Assembly (NCBI GenBank): GCA_041739665.1
Contig: JBGSNK010000101.1
Span: 3,310 to 67,309, forward strand
From: Bdellovibrionales bacterium
Lineage (GTDB): Bacteria > Bdellovibrionota > Bdellovibrionia > Bdellovibrionales > JAGQZY01
Length of the DNA: 64,000 bases
Direction: 5' to 3'
Under the pieces are notes generated by a model, which did not search any database, was not told where the DNA came from, and saw only the letters and a list, made by a program, of their open reading frames with translations. Numbering within the stretch: the stretch's first letter is position 1; each line of letters opens with the position of its first letter. This document shows, one piece after another, positions 28,588 to 40,149 of the stretch. The position numbers and the translations under genes were made by a program.

Positions 28588-29406
28588 GTGCCTCAAATGA
28601 ATCCATTGCCTCTCTTCGTGAGCATTCCCCATGCTGGTGAACTCGTTCCCAAAGAGGTTTCTTGGTTGCAGAAATTGCCCGAGACCACTTTGATGCGTGA
28701 TGTGGATCGCTATGTGGATAAACTCTACAAGCCCATTCTCAAGAAGTATCACATTCCCTTTTATGTAGCCGAATATCATCGCTATGTTGTCGACCTCAAT
28801 AGAAAAACGGACGAGTACGATGCTGATTCTGTGGAAGGTGCTGTTCACCCCAAGGGAACCCATTCAAAAGGTTTGCACTGGTCAGTGACCACTCACAACG
28901 AGGCTTTGATACCAACACCGATGAGCCCAGAGCTGCACAAATCATTGGTGGAAAAATATTATCAGCCATTTCATGATATTCTTCACGATATGGGCGGGAA
29001 AATCTTAGCTCATCACAAGGAAGTCTTTCACTTAGATTTACACAGTATGCCCTCTCTGGGGACTCAAATGCATCCCGACCCAGGACAAAGGCGAGCCGAA
29101 GTTGTGATCAGCGATTACAATGGAGCTTCTTGCACAGCCTTTTTTCGGGAGGCTGTCTTACACGCCTTTCAGATTGCAGGATTTGAAGTGGCTTACAATT
29201 GGCCCTACATTGGTGGTGGCATTACGAAAATGTATGGCCGCCCCGACCAGGGATGGAGTACCATACAGGTTGAGTTGAATCGAGATTTGTATATGAACGA
29301 AGAGACAAAGCAATTCATGCCTGAAAAAGCTCAGGCTTTGCATCCTCGTTTAGACAAGGCCTTTGCCTTGATTGTTTCTAAACTTCAGGAGATAGCCAAT
29401 GGCTAA
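28588..29406 (+). CDS. N-formylglutamate amidohydrolase family protein
   Basis: SIPHAG, RYVVDLNR, YYQPFH, DLHSMPS, NWPYIGG and QVELNR motifs. Confidence 0.9.
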   Translation: MPQMNPLPLFVSIPHAGELVPKEVSWLQKLPETTLMRDVDRYVDKLYKPILKKYHIPFYVAEYHRYVVDLNRKTDEYDADSVEGAVHPKGTHSKGLHWSVTTHNEALIPTPMSPELHKSLVEKYYQPFHDILHDMGGKILAHHKEVFHLDLHSMPSLGTQMHPDPGQRRAEVVISDYNGASCTAFFREAVLHAFQIAGFEVAYNWPYIGGGITKMYGRPDQGWSTIQVELNRDLYMNEETKQFMPEKAQALHPRLDKAFALIVSKLQEIANG

Positions 29407-30787
29407 ACCCAAATGGCAAAAGTGGATTAAGCCGTTGGCTTCTCTCAAAATCGCGGTCTTTGTGATCATTTCTATGGGTGTGATGTCCGCTTGGGGCACA
29501 ATCGTGGAGTCCATCTACAACGATGCCAAGCGAGCCCAAGAAACGGTTTATCACGCTTGGTTTTCTTATGCTATTTTTGCCCTACTCGCAGTGAACTTAA
29601 CTGCTGTCATTGCCGACCGCTATCCGTGGAAGCGCCATCATGTGGGCTTTATTAGCGCCCATGTGGGAATTATCATCCTCATCCTCGGTTCGGTCTTGAC
29701 CCGATACTTTGGTGTAGATGCTTCAATGGCCTTTAATATTAACGAATCAAAAAACAAATTGATGTCATCTGAAACTGATATCATTGTCTGGAGTGGTCTT
29801 CTCACAGGTGGGGGGCGTCAAATCTTTGAGAAAGAAGTCCACTTTCTTAAAAATCCACCCTCTCCGCAAAATCCTTTTGTTGTTGAAGTGGGTGGGGACA
29901 AGATAGTTGTCGATGATTTTAGACCCTACTCTATTCCGCAGAATAAAATCGAACCCTCTGAAAAAGCGACCGATGGTCCTGGGTTGCGTTTTCAAATTTC
30001 AAATGATCGAGTCAGTGAGTCCGACTGGTTGCTTTTAGGCAATCAAGGTTTTGATGTGAAAGATATGGGACCAGCTAAAATCGTGCTCGCTAAGAAAAAC
30101 AAATATGTTTATAGCGGTGGTAATGTTTTGTTGCTCGAATCCGAAGGGGATTCTGAGACACTACGTTATAGTGTTTTTACCGAGAGTCAGCCTGGCAATG
30201 TGAAAACAGGATTTGTATCCGCCGGGGGTTCTTTACAGACCGGTTGGATGGGATTGACCTTTCGTATTTTGAAGTACATGAAAGGGGCCAAGGAAACTTG
30301 GACCTATGAACCTCTTGCTAGGGCCACGGACGAGACGGTCCAGAGTCTTCGTTTTACCTTCAACGGCAAAGAATATTGGACCGGTTTAAATTCTTCGGTT
30401 CGTCTTTTTAGTGATGATGCTTACTACATTTTTATTTACGCAAATCGTATGTTGCCTTTAGACTTTGCTTTGCAGCTCGACGAATTTCGTGTCGGACGCT
30501 ACCAGGGAACACGGAGAGCCGCCTCTTATGAAAGTGATGTGAGCGTTATAGACGGCGGACAGTCTGTCGCTAAAACGACAATTTCTATGAACGAGCCTCT
30601 GAAGTACAAAGGCTTCACTTTTTATCAAGCCAGCTTTAAAGAAGACGAGATGGGACGCCCTATCATGTCGATTCTCTCGGTGAACAAAGACCCTGGGCGT
30701 TTTTGGAAGTACCTCGGGAGTCTTTTGATTGTATTCGGAATTTTTCATCTCTTTTATTTTAAATCTGCCCGGAGGGCCCGAACATGA
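29399..30787 (+). CDS. resB: Cytochrome c biogenesis system II ResB/Ccs1 protein
   Basis: LASLKIAV, HVGII, SYESDV, ISMNEPL.YKG.TFYQAS and DPG motifs. Confidence 0.9.
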   Translation: MAKPKWQKWIKPLASLKIAVFVIISMGVMSAWGTIVESIYNDAKRAQETVYHAWFSYAIFALLAVNLTAVIADRYPWKRHHVGFISAHVGIIILILGSVLTRYFGVDASMAFNINESKNKLMSSETDIIVWSGLLTGGGRQIFEKEVHFLKNPPSPQNPFVVEVGGDKIVVDDFRPYSIPQNKIEPSEKATDGPGLRFQISNDRVSESDWLLLGNQGFDVKDMGPAKIVLAKKNKYVYSGGNVLLLESEGDSETLRYSVFTESQPGNVKTGFVSAGGSLQTGWMGLTFRILKYMKGAKETWTYEPLARATDETVQSLRFTFNGKEYWTGLNSSVRLFSDDAYYIFIYANRMLPLDFALQLDEFRVGRYQGTRRAASYESDVSVIDGGQSVAKTTISMNEPLKYKGFTFYQASFKEDEMGRPIMSILSVNKDPGRFWKYLGSLLIVFGIFHLFYFKSARRART

Positions 30788-32418
30788 ATATTCGAAGCTT
30801 ATTTTTTGGTTTGAGTGCTTTCTTGGCTTCTTTAACCGTTGTGGCTGGGAATTACACTTTTGAGTCGCTACCTATTCAGGAATCAGGACGTGTAAAGCCG
30901 TTGATTACTGTGGCGCAAGAGACGTTGCAGATGATTCACGGCAAAGCCACTTATGAAGGAAAGCCGGCTCTTAACATTTTGACCACTTGGATTTTGGTGC
31001 CGGAACCGTGGATGAATAAAGAAATTATTAAAATGGATCACCACGGACTCAAAGAGGCTTTAAGTTTCGACAAAGAAAAAAAATATTTCACACCAGATGA
31101 AGTGGCCTCTCATCCACGTTTGAATGTTTTGTTTAGTGATTTACAGGTTCGCACTGCACGCAAAGAAAAGTTGGATGCCTACTACCAAGCCATTCAGCGT
31201 CTTGAAACTCAATTGCTCACTTTTTATGGAATCACCCAGGGTGGCCTTCGAATTTTTCCTCCCAAAAAAGGAAGCGAACATTCAGATCATTGGCTGTCCC
31301 TGCGTGAATTGGATCAAGATACCAAAGAAATCTTCTTTAAGATTCTGAGTGCCCAATCGGCTCTTTTTGTTGGCAATATGGAAAAATCTTTAGCCGAAAA
31401 AAATCTGCAAACAAATTTAGAGATCTTCACTCAGAAAGCCGAGCAAGAAGGCGGTGATTTTTATCCGGCATATGAAGATATGCAAACTGAGGTTCACTAC
31501 CAAAAACTTAAGCCTTTTTTCTGGACATGGATTTTGTATCTTCTTTCTGCATTAGTCTTTGCCTTTTCTTTTTTAGGATTGGCTCGCCCTCTGGCTTGGG
31601 TGGGTTCCCTTTTGTTCGGCAGTGCTTTTGCTCTGCACACCTACGGCTTTATCTTGAGGTCTATTATCACCCAGCGTCCGCCAGTTTCAAATATGTATGA
31701 GACTGTTGTTTGGGTGGGTTGGGGTGTTGTTCTTTTTGCAGCCCTCTTTGCTTATCTCAGAAAAAAAACATGGATTGCACTGGTCGGAGCCGCGGTGGCC
31801 ACTCTTTGTATGTTGGTCGCCGATTTTGCCCCAGTGATTTTGGATGGAACACTACAGCCCCTTGAGCCGGTTCTGCGTAGTAACCTTTGGCTCACCATTC
31901 ATGTGATGACGATCACACTCAGCTACGCCGCTTTCTTTTTAGCATTCGGGGTGGGGGATTATGGTGTTTTCCTTTATTTGAAGGATAAAGAAAAAAATCG
32001 TCAGAAAGTGCGTGAGCTCGCTCAAGTCTGTTACCACTTGATCCAGATTGGTGTCGTCCTATTAACTGCTGGTACCATATTGGGCGGTGTTTGGGCCGAT
32101 TACTCTTGGGGCCGATTTTGGGGTTGGGATCCCAAGGAAACCTGGGCCTTTATTGCACTCATGGGCTATTTGGCAATTCTTCACGCTCGTCTTGTGGGTT
32201 GGGTCAAAGATTTTGGGATGCTGGCTGGAAGTATTGTCTCCTTTAGTTTGGTCATCATGGCTTGGTATGGGGTGAACTTTGTTCTCGGTGCGGGTCTTCA
32301 CTCCTATGGCTTTGGTGCCGGTGGGATCGAGTATGTGACTGGCTTTGTAGCTCTCCATATGATTTTTGTGGGCTATGCTTGGTTCGTACAAAGAGCTGAA
32401 ACAAAACAAAAGGCATAA
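30784..32418 (+). CDS. ccsA: Cytochrome c biogenesis system II CcsA/ResC
   Basis: WWD domain WADYSWGRFWGWDPKETW; PVSNMYE, WLTIHV and GLHSY motifs. Confidence 0.95.
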   Translation: MNIRSLFFGLSAFLASLTVVAGNYTFESLPIQESGRVKPLITVAQETLQMIHGKATYEGKPALNILTTWILVPEPWMNKEIIKMDHHGLKEALSFDKEKKYFTPDEVASHPRLNVLFSDLQVRTARKEKLDAYYQAIQRLETQLLTFYGITQGGLRIFPPKKGSEHSDHWLSLRELDQDTKEIFFKILSAQSALFVGNMEKSLAEKNLQTNLEIFTQKAEQEGGDFYPAYEDMQTEVHYQKLKPFFWTWILYLLSALVFAFSFLGLARPLAWVGSLLFGSAFALHTYGFILRSIITQRPPVSNMYETVVWVGWGVVLFAALFAYLRKKTWIALVGAAVATLCMLVADFAPVILDGTLQPLEPVLRSNLWLTIHVMTITLSYAAFFLAFGVGDYGVFLYLKDKEKNRQKVRELAQVCYHLIQIGVVLLTAGTILGGVWADYSWGRFWGWDPKETWAFIALMGYLAILHARLVGWVKDFGMLAGSIVSFSLVIMAWYGVNFVLGAGLHSYGFGAGGIEYVTGFVALHMIFVGYAWFVQRAETKQKA

Positions 32419-32535
32419 TCTTTGTCTTATATATGACGGGTATTTCTTTTTTGAGATCACCACATCTTAAGAATTATGGTTTTCATACCTTTGTTGAAAA
32501 ACATCTTATTTCCCATTCTTGAAAAAAAAATCAAG

Positions 32536-32551
32536 TGTGATTTAAAACACA
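32536..32551. promoter_or_regulatory. CRP/FNR-family-like site upstream of the act operon
   Basis: TGTGA-TTTAAA-ACACA, one mismatch to TGTGA-N6-TCACA. Confidence 0.4.
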
Positions 32552-32757
32552 CAAGTGCAGAATGCTAAGCCGCATCATCATCTGCCTATTGCAAGGGCAT
32601 GGTCTTAAAATCCTTAACAATGGCGGGCTTTTCTTTTATTAATGAAAGGCTTTTGAAAATAGTGAAGATGCCTGACCTAATCTCCAAACGATGGGTTGAG
32701 TCTCATTGCTTGCCGGGGATTGCAGACTCAAAGCGCCCCAATGTTGAAGGAGAGTCG

Positions 32758-33300
32758 ATGTTCAAAGTTCAATATTTGTTGAAATTGCCCATCTTATTTT
32801 TATTCCTCTTGTTAGGTTTTGGCTGTGAGTGGGGTTCCATTGGCTACAACAAGGGTTACCAGCCCGAGCAGCCCATTCCCTTTTCCCATGCCCTACATAG
32901 TGGTGAATACAAAATGGCTTGTGTCTATTGTCACACCCAAGTGGAAGTCGCCAAACATTCCGCTGTTCCCAGCCTAAATATTTGCATGAATTGTCATATG
33001 GTTGTGGGCACGGATAAAGAGCCCATCCAAAAACTTCAACAAAAATATTACGATGGTGAAACCGTCAATTGGGTCAAGGTGCATATGTTACCTGACCACG
33101 TCAAATTTAATCATAAAAGACATGTGCATCGTTTTAGCGAAGCAGAGGATCGTTATCCAGCCTGTCAAACCTGTCATGGTGACGTTAAACAGATGGATGT
33201 TGTTCAACAGTATAACAGTCTTTCCATGGGTTGGTGTGTGAATTGTCATAGGGAGTCCGAGCCAAAGGGCCCTCTCAATTGTTCAACCTGTCACCATTAA
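32758..33300 (+). CDS. actA: Alternative complex III pentaheme cytochrome c
   Basis: QPIPFSH and five CxxCH motifs (CVYCH, CMNCH, CQTCH, CVNCH, CSTCH); SD AAGGAG before ATG 32758. Confidence 0.92.
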   Translation: MFKVQYLLKLPILFLFLLLGFGCEWGSIGYNKGYQPEQPIPFSHALHSGEYKMACVYCHTQVEVAKHSAVPSLNICMNCHMVVGTDKEPIQKLQQKYYDGETVNWVKVHMLPDHVKFNHKRHVHRFSEAEDRYPACQTCHGDVKQMDVVQQYNSLSMGWCVNCHRESEPKGPLNCSTCHH

Positions 33301-33318
33301 GAGGAGCGAGAGTTAGGC

Positions 33319-36300
33319 ATGGAAAAAGAGCAGATGCAGACAGAAAATAAAAAGTGGAAAAGTTTGGACGAAAAGTATCAGACCCCAGAGTTTCTCGCCC
33401 AAGCCGAGAAAGAGTTTCAAACGTCCCCTCTCAAAGATGAAGATGCAGACGATGAAAAAGGTGGCTTAGCAAGACGTCAGTTTATGAAGCTGATGGGTGC
33501 GAGCATTGCTATGTCATCAGCTGCTTGTGTGCGTCGACCTGTTCAAAAAATTATTCCTTATAATAAGAGACCGTCTGAAATTGTCATTGGTGTTGCCAAC
33601 TATTATGCTTCCAGTTTGTTTGATGGACGCGAGGGGTTGGCCGTTACAGTTAAGACCCGTGAAGGTCGTCCTCTTCACCTTCAAGGTAATGCGTCTCACC
33701 CTGGAAACGGTTCGGGTTTGAGTGTGCGTGGGAGTGCGCAAATACTAAACCTTTATGATCCTGATCGCGTTCGTACACCTGTTATTAATTCCCAGGATTC
33801 AAAAAAGCGGGGCAACAAACTGTCTATCCCTCGTGACTGGGATAGCCTTGATCAAAGAGCAGTCAAACAACTTAAAGAGGGAGATGTCAGAATTTTAACT
33901 GCGGACACCCCTTCGCCCAGTCTTAAGAATCTCATCAATAAGTTTACCAAAAATACAGGTGCTCAAGTTCATTACTGGAGTCCAATCAACCAGTGGGAGA
34001 TTCTTAAAGCTTCTGAACTTTGTTACGGGCGAGCTTCTGTACCTCGCTATCGCTATGACAAAGCGAAAATGATTGTATCTGTGGATGGAGATTTCCTAGG
34101 AACTCACCTCAATCCAACGGAGTCCAGTCGCCTTTTTTCAAAAGGACGAGATCCCGAAAAAGGAATGTCCCATTTGGTTTCCTTTCAATCGGTCCCAAGT
34201 CTCACTTCATTCAATTCAGATGACAATTACCCAATTAAGCCATCTCAGCAATTGCCTCTTATTCTCGCCATTTTACATGAGTTGTCTTTTGAGCAAAAGA
34301 AGGTGAGTTTGCCGGCTTCTATTTCAGCCACGCTTAAGCAGCACGCTGAAGTTTATAAAAACATTGGCATGAGCACAGAAGAGTTCTCTGGTTTTGTTTC
34401 TGAACTTTGGAATCAGCGCGGTCAAAGTCTTGTCTTAACCGGCGGTTTACAAGCTAAAACGAGAGATGCTTTGGCTTTGCAAATTGCGACAAACTACCTC
34501 AATAATCTACTTGGCAATGATGGTGTGACTATTCACTGGGCGGCAAGCCTCAATGGTCGCAACCAAAGCGATGAGGCGATCGGCACTTTGATTTCGGATA
34601 TGTTGGAGGGCAAAGTTAAAACCCTCATTATCAACGAACTGAATCCCATTTATAATTTGCCACAGGCTTCACGTTTTAAGGAAGCCTTGGGTAAAGTGAA
34701 CACAGTCCTGGTGACAAATAATTGGATGGATGAAACAGCTGTGCTCGCGGACATGGTCGCTCCATGTGGTCACTATATGGAAAACTGGGGAGATAATGAG
34801 TTCATTTCCGGAATTGTGACCATCCAACAGCCGACCATTCGTCCCTTGTACGAAACCCGATCGTTTGCTGACAGTTTAATTGTTTGGGCGAAGATGCTAG
34901 AAAAGCCCATCAGCCAAGAGGATGACTTTTATTCTGTCGTTAAAAATAAATGGATGGGTCAGTTAGGATCTGAGCAGGCTTGGTATGACTTTTTACAAAA
35001 AGGTTTTGATGGCCAAGTTTACGACGGTATTGAAAGAAATATGGGTTTTAATACTTCAGCTCTTGAACGGGTGCAGGTCACTCTTGAGCCCACCACCCTT
35101 GAACTTTCACTTTACGAAAAAGTTGCGATTCACGATGGTAGTATGGCCAACCTTTCTTGGTTGCAAGAGTTGCCAGATCCGGTGAGTAAAATCGCTTGGG
35201 ACAATTACCTTATTGTTTCCCCCACTCTGGCCGACAGCCTCAGGTTGCGCGATGGCTCTATGGTGCAAGTTCAAACGGAATCTCACACCATGAATCTTCC
35301 TGTTTACATCTCTCCTGGCCAGCACCCTGAGTCGGTTGCTGTGGCTCTGGGTTACGGCCGTGGACACGGCGGAGAGTTGCAAAAAGATGTGGGTTTCAAT
35401 GTGAATGAATTTATTGTCCCTTTTGACAATCAATTTGTTTTCGCAGGTCACTCGGTACAGCTCAAAAAACTGAACACGACATACATGTTGGCACAGACCC
35501 AAGGTCACCATTCTATGGAAGGTCGCGATATAGCTGTCGAGACAACTCAAGATCTTTATAAAAAATCAAATGATATAGGAATTCACCGCCACAAAATTTT
35601 TAGTATTTGGAACGGTCACAAATACGATGGTCACAAGTGGGCCATGGGTGTGGATCTCAACTCATGTACAGGTTGTTCGGCCTGTATGGTGGCTTGTCAA
35701 TCTGAGAACAATATACCCAGTGTGGGTAAAAAATATGTCCTAGGTGGCCGCGAGATGCATTGGATTCGTATCGACCGCTATTACAGTGGTAACGAGACCA
35801 AGTCGGTGGATGCTATTTTTCAACCTGTCATGTGTCAGCATTGTGAAAATGCTCCTTGTGAAACGGTTTGCCCAGTTTTAGCCACTGTCCATAGTGATGA
35901 AGGCCTCAATGATATGGTTTACAACCGTTGTGTGGGAACACGTTATTGCTCGAACAACTGCCCCTACAAAGTGCGTCGTTTTAACTGGTTCTACTACGAC
36001 GGTCATCACCGCAAAGAGCCATTGCACATGGCCTTGAATCCAGATGTGACTGTCAGGACTCGAGGGGTCATGGAAAAATGCACCTTTTGCGTTCAACGTA
36101 TTAAAGAAGCCAAGAACACCGCTAAAGACGAGAAACGCGACCTAAAAGATGGAGACATTCGCACCGCTTGTCAGTCGGTTTGTCCAACGGATGCTATTGT
36201 CTTTGGTGACTTGAACGATAAAAACAGCCAAGTGAACAAGTGGTTCGAGAGCCAACGTCAGTACACACTTCTCGAAGAGCTCAATGCCGCTCCTCGCGTC

Positions 36301-36408
36301 CGTTATCTTGCGAAAATTAGAAATACACAGCGCGATTTAGGCGGAGGGCACCATGGTCCCTCTCATTCGACACCTGAGGCGACGGATCATAAGGGAGGGC
36401 ACTCATGA
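33319..36408 (+). CDS. actB: Alternative complex III molybdopterin-oxidoreductase-like/Fe-S subunit
   Basis: WKSL extension, Tat ARRQFMK with downstream Cys, Fe-S motifs ([37 protein letters not shown]). Confidence 0.95.
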   Translation: MEKEQMQTENKKWKSLDEKYQTPEFLAQAEKEFQTSPLKDEDADDEKGGLARRQFMKLMGASIAMSSAACVRRPVQKIIPYNKRPSEIVIGVANYYASSLFDGREGLAVTVKTREGRPLHLQGNASHPGNGSGLSVRGSAQILNLYDPDRVRTPVINSQDSKKRGNKLSIPRDWDSLDQRAVKQLKEGDVRILTADTPSPSLKNLINKFTKNTGAQVHYWSPINQWEILKASELCYGRASVPRYRYDKAKMIVSVDGDFLGTHLNPTESSRLFSKGRDPEKGMSHLVSFQSVPSLTSFNSDDNYPIKPSQQLPLILAILHELSFEQKKVSLPASISATLKQHAEVYKNIGMSTEEFSGFVSELWNQRGQSLVLTGGLQAKTRDALALQIATNYLNNLLGNDGVTIHWAASLNGRNQSDEAIGTLISDMLEGKVKTLIINELNPIYNLPQASRFKEALGKVNTVLVTNNWMDETAVLADMVAPCGHYMENWGDNEFISGIVTIQQPTIRPLYETRSFADSLIVWAKMLEKPISQEDDFYSVVKNKWMGQLGSEQAWYDFLQKGFDGQVYDGIERNMGFNTSALERVQVTLEPTTLELSLYEKVAIHDGSMANLSWLQELPDPVSKIAWDNYLIVSPTLADSLRLRDGSMVQVQTESHTMNLPVYISPGQHPESVAVALGYGRGHGGELQKDVGFNVNEFIVPFDNQFVFAGHSVQLKKLNTTYMLAQTQGHHSMEGRDIAVETTQDLYKKSNDIGIHRHKIFSIWNGHKYDGHKWAMGVDLNSCTGCSACMVACQSENNIPSVGKKYVLGGREMHWIRIDRYYSGNETKSVDAIFQPVMCQHCENAPCETVCPVLATVHSDEGLNDMVYNRCVGTRYCSNNCPYKVRRFNWFYYDGHHRKEPLHMALNPDVTVRTRGVMEKCTFCVQRIKEAKNTAKDEKRDLKDGDIRTACQSVCPTDAIVFGDLNDKNSQVNKWFESQRQYTLLEELNAAPRVRYLAKIRNTQRDLGGGHHGPSHSTPEATDHKGGHS

Positions 36409-37760
36409 TGGATAGAAACCCTTTAATACTTGGCAACAAGACTTACAAAGATATAACCGATGATATTTGTGAGCCTGTAGAGAGACTTCCTGGCAAACAG
36501 TGGATGCTGATGTTTTTCAGCGCTAAAGCCTTATTTCTGTTTTACCTGACGAGTGTGGCTATTATTTTGTTCACCGGTATGGGTTTGATGGGAACCAACC
36601 ATCCTATTGGTTGGGGGACTGATATTGTTACCTTTGTATTTTGGATTGGTATTGGTCACGCCGGAACTTTGATTTCGGCTGTTCTATTTTTGTTCCGCCA
36701 AAAGTGGCGAACGTCAGTAGCCAGATCTGCCGAGGCGATGACTGTGTTTGCGGTTATGACGGCTGGAATTTTTCCATTGATTCACACTGGACGTCCCTGG
36801 TTGGATTTTTGGCTTTTGCCATACCCCAACCAACGCGGACCTCTTTGGGTCAATTTCCGTTCCCCCTTATTGTGGGACGTTTTTGCCGTATCGACTTATG
36901 CCACTGTCTCCATTGTATTTTGGTACGTTGGGCTTGTTCCTGACTTTGCCACTATTCGCGACCGCGCTAAAAATAAAATGCGTAAAAAGATTTATGGAAT
37001 CCTTTCTTTAGGATGGCGTGGGTCCACTCGTAACTGGAGCCATTACGAAATGGTTTATATGTTGCTTGCGGGTCTTGCGACGCCTTTGGTTCTCTCGGTT
37101 CACACCATCGTATCTTTTGACTTTGCGGTGGCCTCTCTTCCGGGTTGGCACACGACAATTTTCCCACCTTACTTTGTGGCTGGTGCAATTTTCTCTGGTT
37201 TTGGTATGGTGGTCACACTTTTAACCTTAGTTCGTATTGGGTTTCCTAAGTTTAAGGATTACATCACTATTGATCATATGGAAGTGATGAATAAGATCAT
37301 CATGACCACAGGTTTGCTTGTGGGTTACGCCTATTGTTCAGAGCTTTTTATCGCCTGGTACTCGGGTATGAAATACGAGCAGTACGCTTTTATCAACCGA
37401 GCGCTGGGGCCTTATTGGTGGGCCTATTGGATCATGTTTTCTTGCAACGTTTTTGTTCCCCAGATCTTTTGGTTCCGTGCAGCTCGTCGAAGCATCCCAA
37501 TCATGTTTGTGGTTTCCATATTTGTGAACATCGGAATGTGGTTTGAGCGTTTTGTAATCACAGTGACATCTTTGCACCGAGACTTCTTGCCCTCTAACTG
37601 GGGCATGTACGAATGGAGCATCTACGATGCCGCCATTTTATTTGGTAGCTTTGGTATGTTCTTAACTTTATTCCTTCTGTATCTACGTGCCTTTCCGGCC
37701 ATCTCGATTGCTGAGGTGAAGCCTGTTCTCTACGTCGGTAAGAAAAGGGGAGGTCACTAA
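36405..37760 (+). CDS. actC: Alternative complex III quinol-oxidising NrfD-like subunit
   Basis: [35 protein letters not shown] and GMWFERF motifs. Confidence 0.95.
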   Translation: MMDRNPLILGNKTYKDITDDICEPVERLPGKQWMLMFFSAKALFLFYLTSVAIILFTGMGLMGTNHPIGWGTDIVTFVFWIGIGHAGTLISAVLFLFRQKWRTSVARSAEAMTVFAVMTAGIFPLIHTGRPWLDFWLLPYPNQRGPLWVNFRSPLLWDVFAVSTYATVSIVFWYVGLVPDFATIRDRAKNKMRKKIYGILSLGWRGSTRNWSHYEMVYMLLAGLATPLVLSVHTIVSFDFAVASLPGWHTTIFPPYFVAGAIFSGFGMVVTLLTLVRIGFPKFKDYITIDHMEVMNKIIMTTGLLVGYAYCSELFIAWYSGMKYEQYAFINRALGPYWWAYWIMFSCNVFVPQIFWFRAARRSIPIMFVVSIFVNIGMWFERFVITVTSLHRDFLPSNWGMYEWSIYDAAILFGSFGMFLTLFLLYLRAFPAISIAEVKPVLYVGKKRGGH

Positions 37761-38284
37761 TGGCAAAACGTCAAAGTGGAGTGGCAGGTATCTGGAGTGA
37801 TGATCAGCTCATTCTTGAGGCTGCTGAAAAAATGCGTTTAGCGGGCTATAAAAAATTTGATGCGATCACACCTTTTCCTGTTCATGGAATGGAAGAAGCC
37901 GTTGGCATCAAAAGATCTACGATTCCATGGGTGACTTTTTTTGCCGCTTTGGTAGGTGGATTTTGTGGGATGTACCTGCAGTACTGGACAAGTGCTGTAA
38001 GCTGGCCCATCAATGTGGGTGGTAAACCTATGTTTTCTATACCGGCCTTTATTCCTGTAACTTTTGAGCTCACGATATTGTTTGCTGCTTTGGCTTCAGT
38101 AGGGACTATGTTTTTCCTCAACGGATTGCCCAAAGTGGATCCTCCTATAATTGATCCAGATTTGACATCTCACAAGTTTGCCTTGTGGGTACCTGACTCT
38201 GAAGAGGGATACTCTGTTGAAAAGGTCGAAGCCTTTTTGAAAGAGTTGGGAGCAGAAGAAGTGAAAAGAGTGGCGGAGTACTGA
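37760..38284 (+). CDS. actD: Alternative complex III subunit D (DUF3341)
   Basis: TPFPVHG, WPINVGGKP and PVTFELTIL motifs. Confidence 0.92.
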   Translation: MAKRQSGVAGIWSDDQLILEAAEKMRLAGYKKFDAITPFPVHGMEEAVGIKRSTIPWVTFFAALVGGFCGMYLQYWTSAVSWPINVGGKPMFSIPAFIPVTFELTILFAALASVGTMFFLNGLPKVDPPIIDPDLTSHKFALWVPDSEEGYSVEKVEAFLKELGAEEVKRVAEY

Positions 38285-38832
38285 TGATGATAAAAAGAAT
38301 TACACCAATAGTTGTTGGATGGGCCTTAGTTTCCTGTGGACCGACTGAAAACAAACCCAATGTGGAAATTATCCAGGATATGATGGAACAGCCAGCTCTG
38401 AAGGCTCAGGATTTTCATCCCCATGATCGCGAAAAAAGTTCGATGATCGTGCCACCAGAGGGCAGCTGGCCTAAAAACGTCAAACCTTATCTTTATCAAA
38501 ATGATCCCCTGGCAGCTGGGCAAAAATTAAAAAACCCGCACGCTACTGACCAAACTCCTGACTTCTTAGAGCTTGGTAAGATTAAATACAATAACTTCTG
38601 CCTTGTCTGTCATGGAGAGGGTGGGGCTGGCGATGGTCCAGTTGCGGCGAAGTTTGTCGGAGTCAAGCCACCCTCTTTGCTTACAGATAAAATTAAGGAT
38701 TATCCCGATGGCCGCATCTTTCATATCATCACCGCCGGACAAGGTGTCATGGGAAATTATATGGCTCAGCTCCCCGAGGAAAAAGATCGTTGGGCTGTTG
38801 TTAATTACGTCAGAAGTTTACAAAAGAAATAG
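38284..38832 (+). CDS. actE: Alternative complex III monoheme cytochrome c lipoprotein
   Basis: Lipobox LVSC, DMMEQP, CLVCH and RWAVVNYVRSLQ motifs. Confidence 0.92.
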   Translation: MMIKRITPIVVGWALVSCGPTENKPNVEIIQDMMEQPALKAQDFHPHDREKSSMIVPPEGSWPKNVKPYLYQNDPLAAGQKLKNPHATDQTPDFLELGKIKYNNFCLVCHGEGGAGDGPVAAKFVGVKPPSLLTDKIKDYPDGRIFHIITAGQGVMGNYMAQLPEEKDRWAVVNYVRSLQKK

Positions 38833-38844
38833 TGAGGAAGAGAC

Positions 38845-40044
38845 ATGAGTCATTCAGTTTCCGTAGATAAAATAGAGCCCAAGCGATTTGAACTTGCCTC
38901 GTCATTGAAGTTAGCTCTCTTTCTAATGATTGGGCTTGGTGTGGCCACATTTGCGGCTGGATTTGCAGTCAATTCCGAACGCGTTTGGCACTCTTATTTG
39001 ACCAGTTATTTTTACTTTTCTTCTCTTGCAATTGGGGGGTTGTTTTTTACAGCCATTCAACACGCTGTTGGAGCGGGTTGGAGTGTAAATATCCGTCGAA
39101 TTAGCGAGGCCATGACATCGTTTATGCCAGTTGTTTTACTGGGCGGAGTGGTTCTTCTTTTTGCGGGTTCGGATTTGTACCTATGGCTTGATTCAGATGC
39201 AGTCTCAAATGATCCCATATTATTTGGCAAGAAAGTCTACCTAAACTGGGGCTTCTGGGCGATACGCATGCTGGGCTTCTGTTTGCTCTGGTTATTTTTT
39301 GCGAGCAAAATAAATAGTTATTCTATTAAACAAGATCTGGATGGGTCTGAGTCGTGGACCCGTAAGCAGGTTCCCATGTCCATTGCCTTTCTCTTAACTT
39401 TTGCTCTTAGTTACTCACTTTTTAGTGTGGACACCTTGATGAGTTTAGAACCCCACTGGTTTTCCACTATTTTTGGTGTCTACACTTTTGCTGGGCTTTT
39501 CCAGTCCACTTTGGCTTTTATGATATTAGCCGTTTTGTTTTGTCGCTCGCGCGGCTTTGTGACCGGGCTCATGACCGAAGAGCATGTTCACGATTTAGCT
39601 AAATTTTTAAAGGGCTTTACTGTTTTTTGGGCCTATATCGCTTTTTCCCAGTTTATGTTGATCTGGTATGCCAACCTTCCTGAAGAGACTATTTTTTATC
39701 TCCATCGTAGCCATGGTGGTTGGATGGAGGTTTCTATGGCCCTTCTCATCTTCAAGTTTATTGTGCCTTTCGTGGCCCTTTTGCCTCGTTGGGCAAAACG
39801 TGATCCCAGGCATCTTATCATGGTCTGTGGCCTTGTTTTGATTATGCAGTATGTAGATCTCTACTGGATCGTTTATCCAAACTATCAAGATCACACGGTC
39901 TTTTCTTGGATGGAGATCGGAGTTTTTGTAGGTTTTCTTGGTGCCTTTCTCCTTTTGGTCAGTCGTTTCTTGGGTCAAAATAATTTGGTTCCCATTAAAG
40001 ATCCCCGCATTCATGAATCTCTCAGTCACCACGTGACCTACTAA
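38845..40044 (+). CDS. actF: Alternative complex III subunit F
   Basis: MSLEPHWFSTIFG and YIAFSQFMLIWYANLPEE motifs. Confidence 0.92.
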   Translation: MSHSVSVDKIEPKRFELASSLKLALFLMIGLGVATFAAGFAVNSERVWHSYLTSYFYFSSLAIGGLFFTAIQHAVGAGWSVNIRRISEAMTSFMPVVLLGGVVLLFAGSDLYLWLDSDAVSNDPILFGKKVYLNWGFWAIRMLGFCLLWLFFASKINSYSIKQDLDGSESWTRKQVPMSIAFLLTFALSYSLFSVDTLMSLEPHWFSTIFGVYTFAGLFQSTLAFMILAVLFCRSRGFVTGLMTEEHVHDLAKFLKGFTVFWAYIAFSQFMLIWYANLPEETIFYLHRSHGGWMEVSMALLIFKFIVPFVALLPRWAKRDPRHLIMVCGLVLIMQYVDLYWIVYPNYQDHTVFSWMEIGVFVGFLGAFLLLVSRFLGQNNLVPIKDPRIHESLSHHVTY

Positions 40045-40068
40045 AGGGGCGTTCTTGAGGCTTTTGAC

Positions 40069-40097
40069 TTGCTTTTCATCGGCTTTTTGGCCATACT
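40069..40097 (+). promoter_or_regulatory. Putative sigma70 promoter of thrS
   Basis: TTGCTT-17 nt-CATACT. Confidence 0.45.
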
Positions 40098-40149
40098 GCT
40101 GACAATGAGTATGGCTTATTTTCAATCTAGCATGACGACTTTTTAAATC

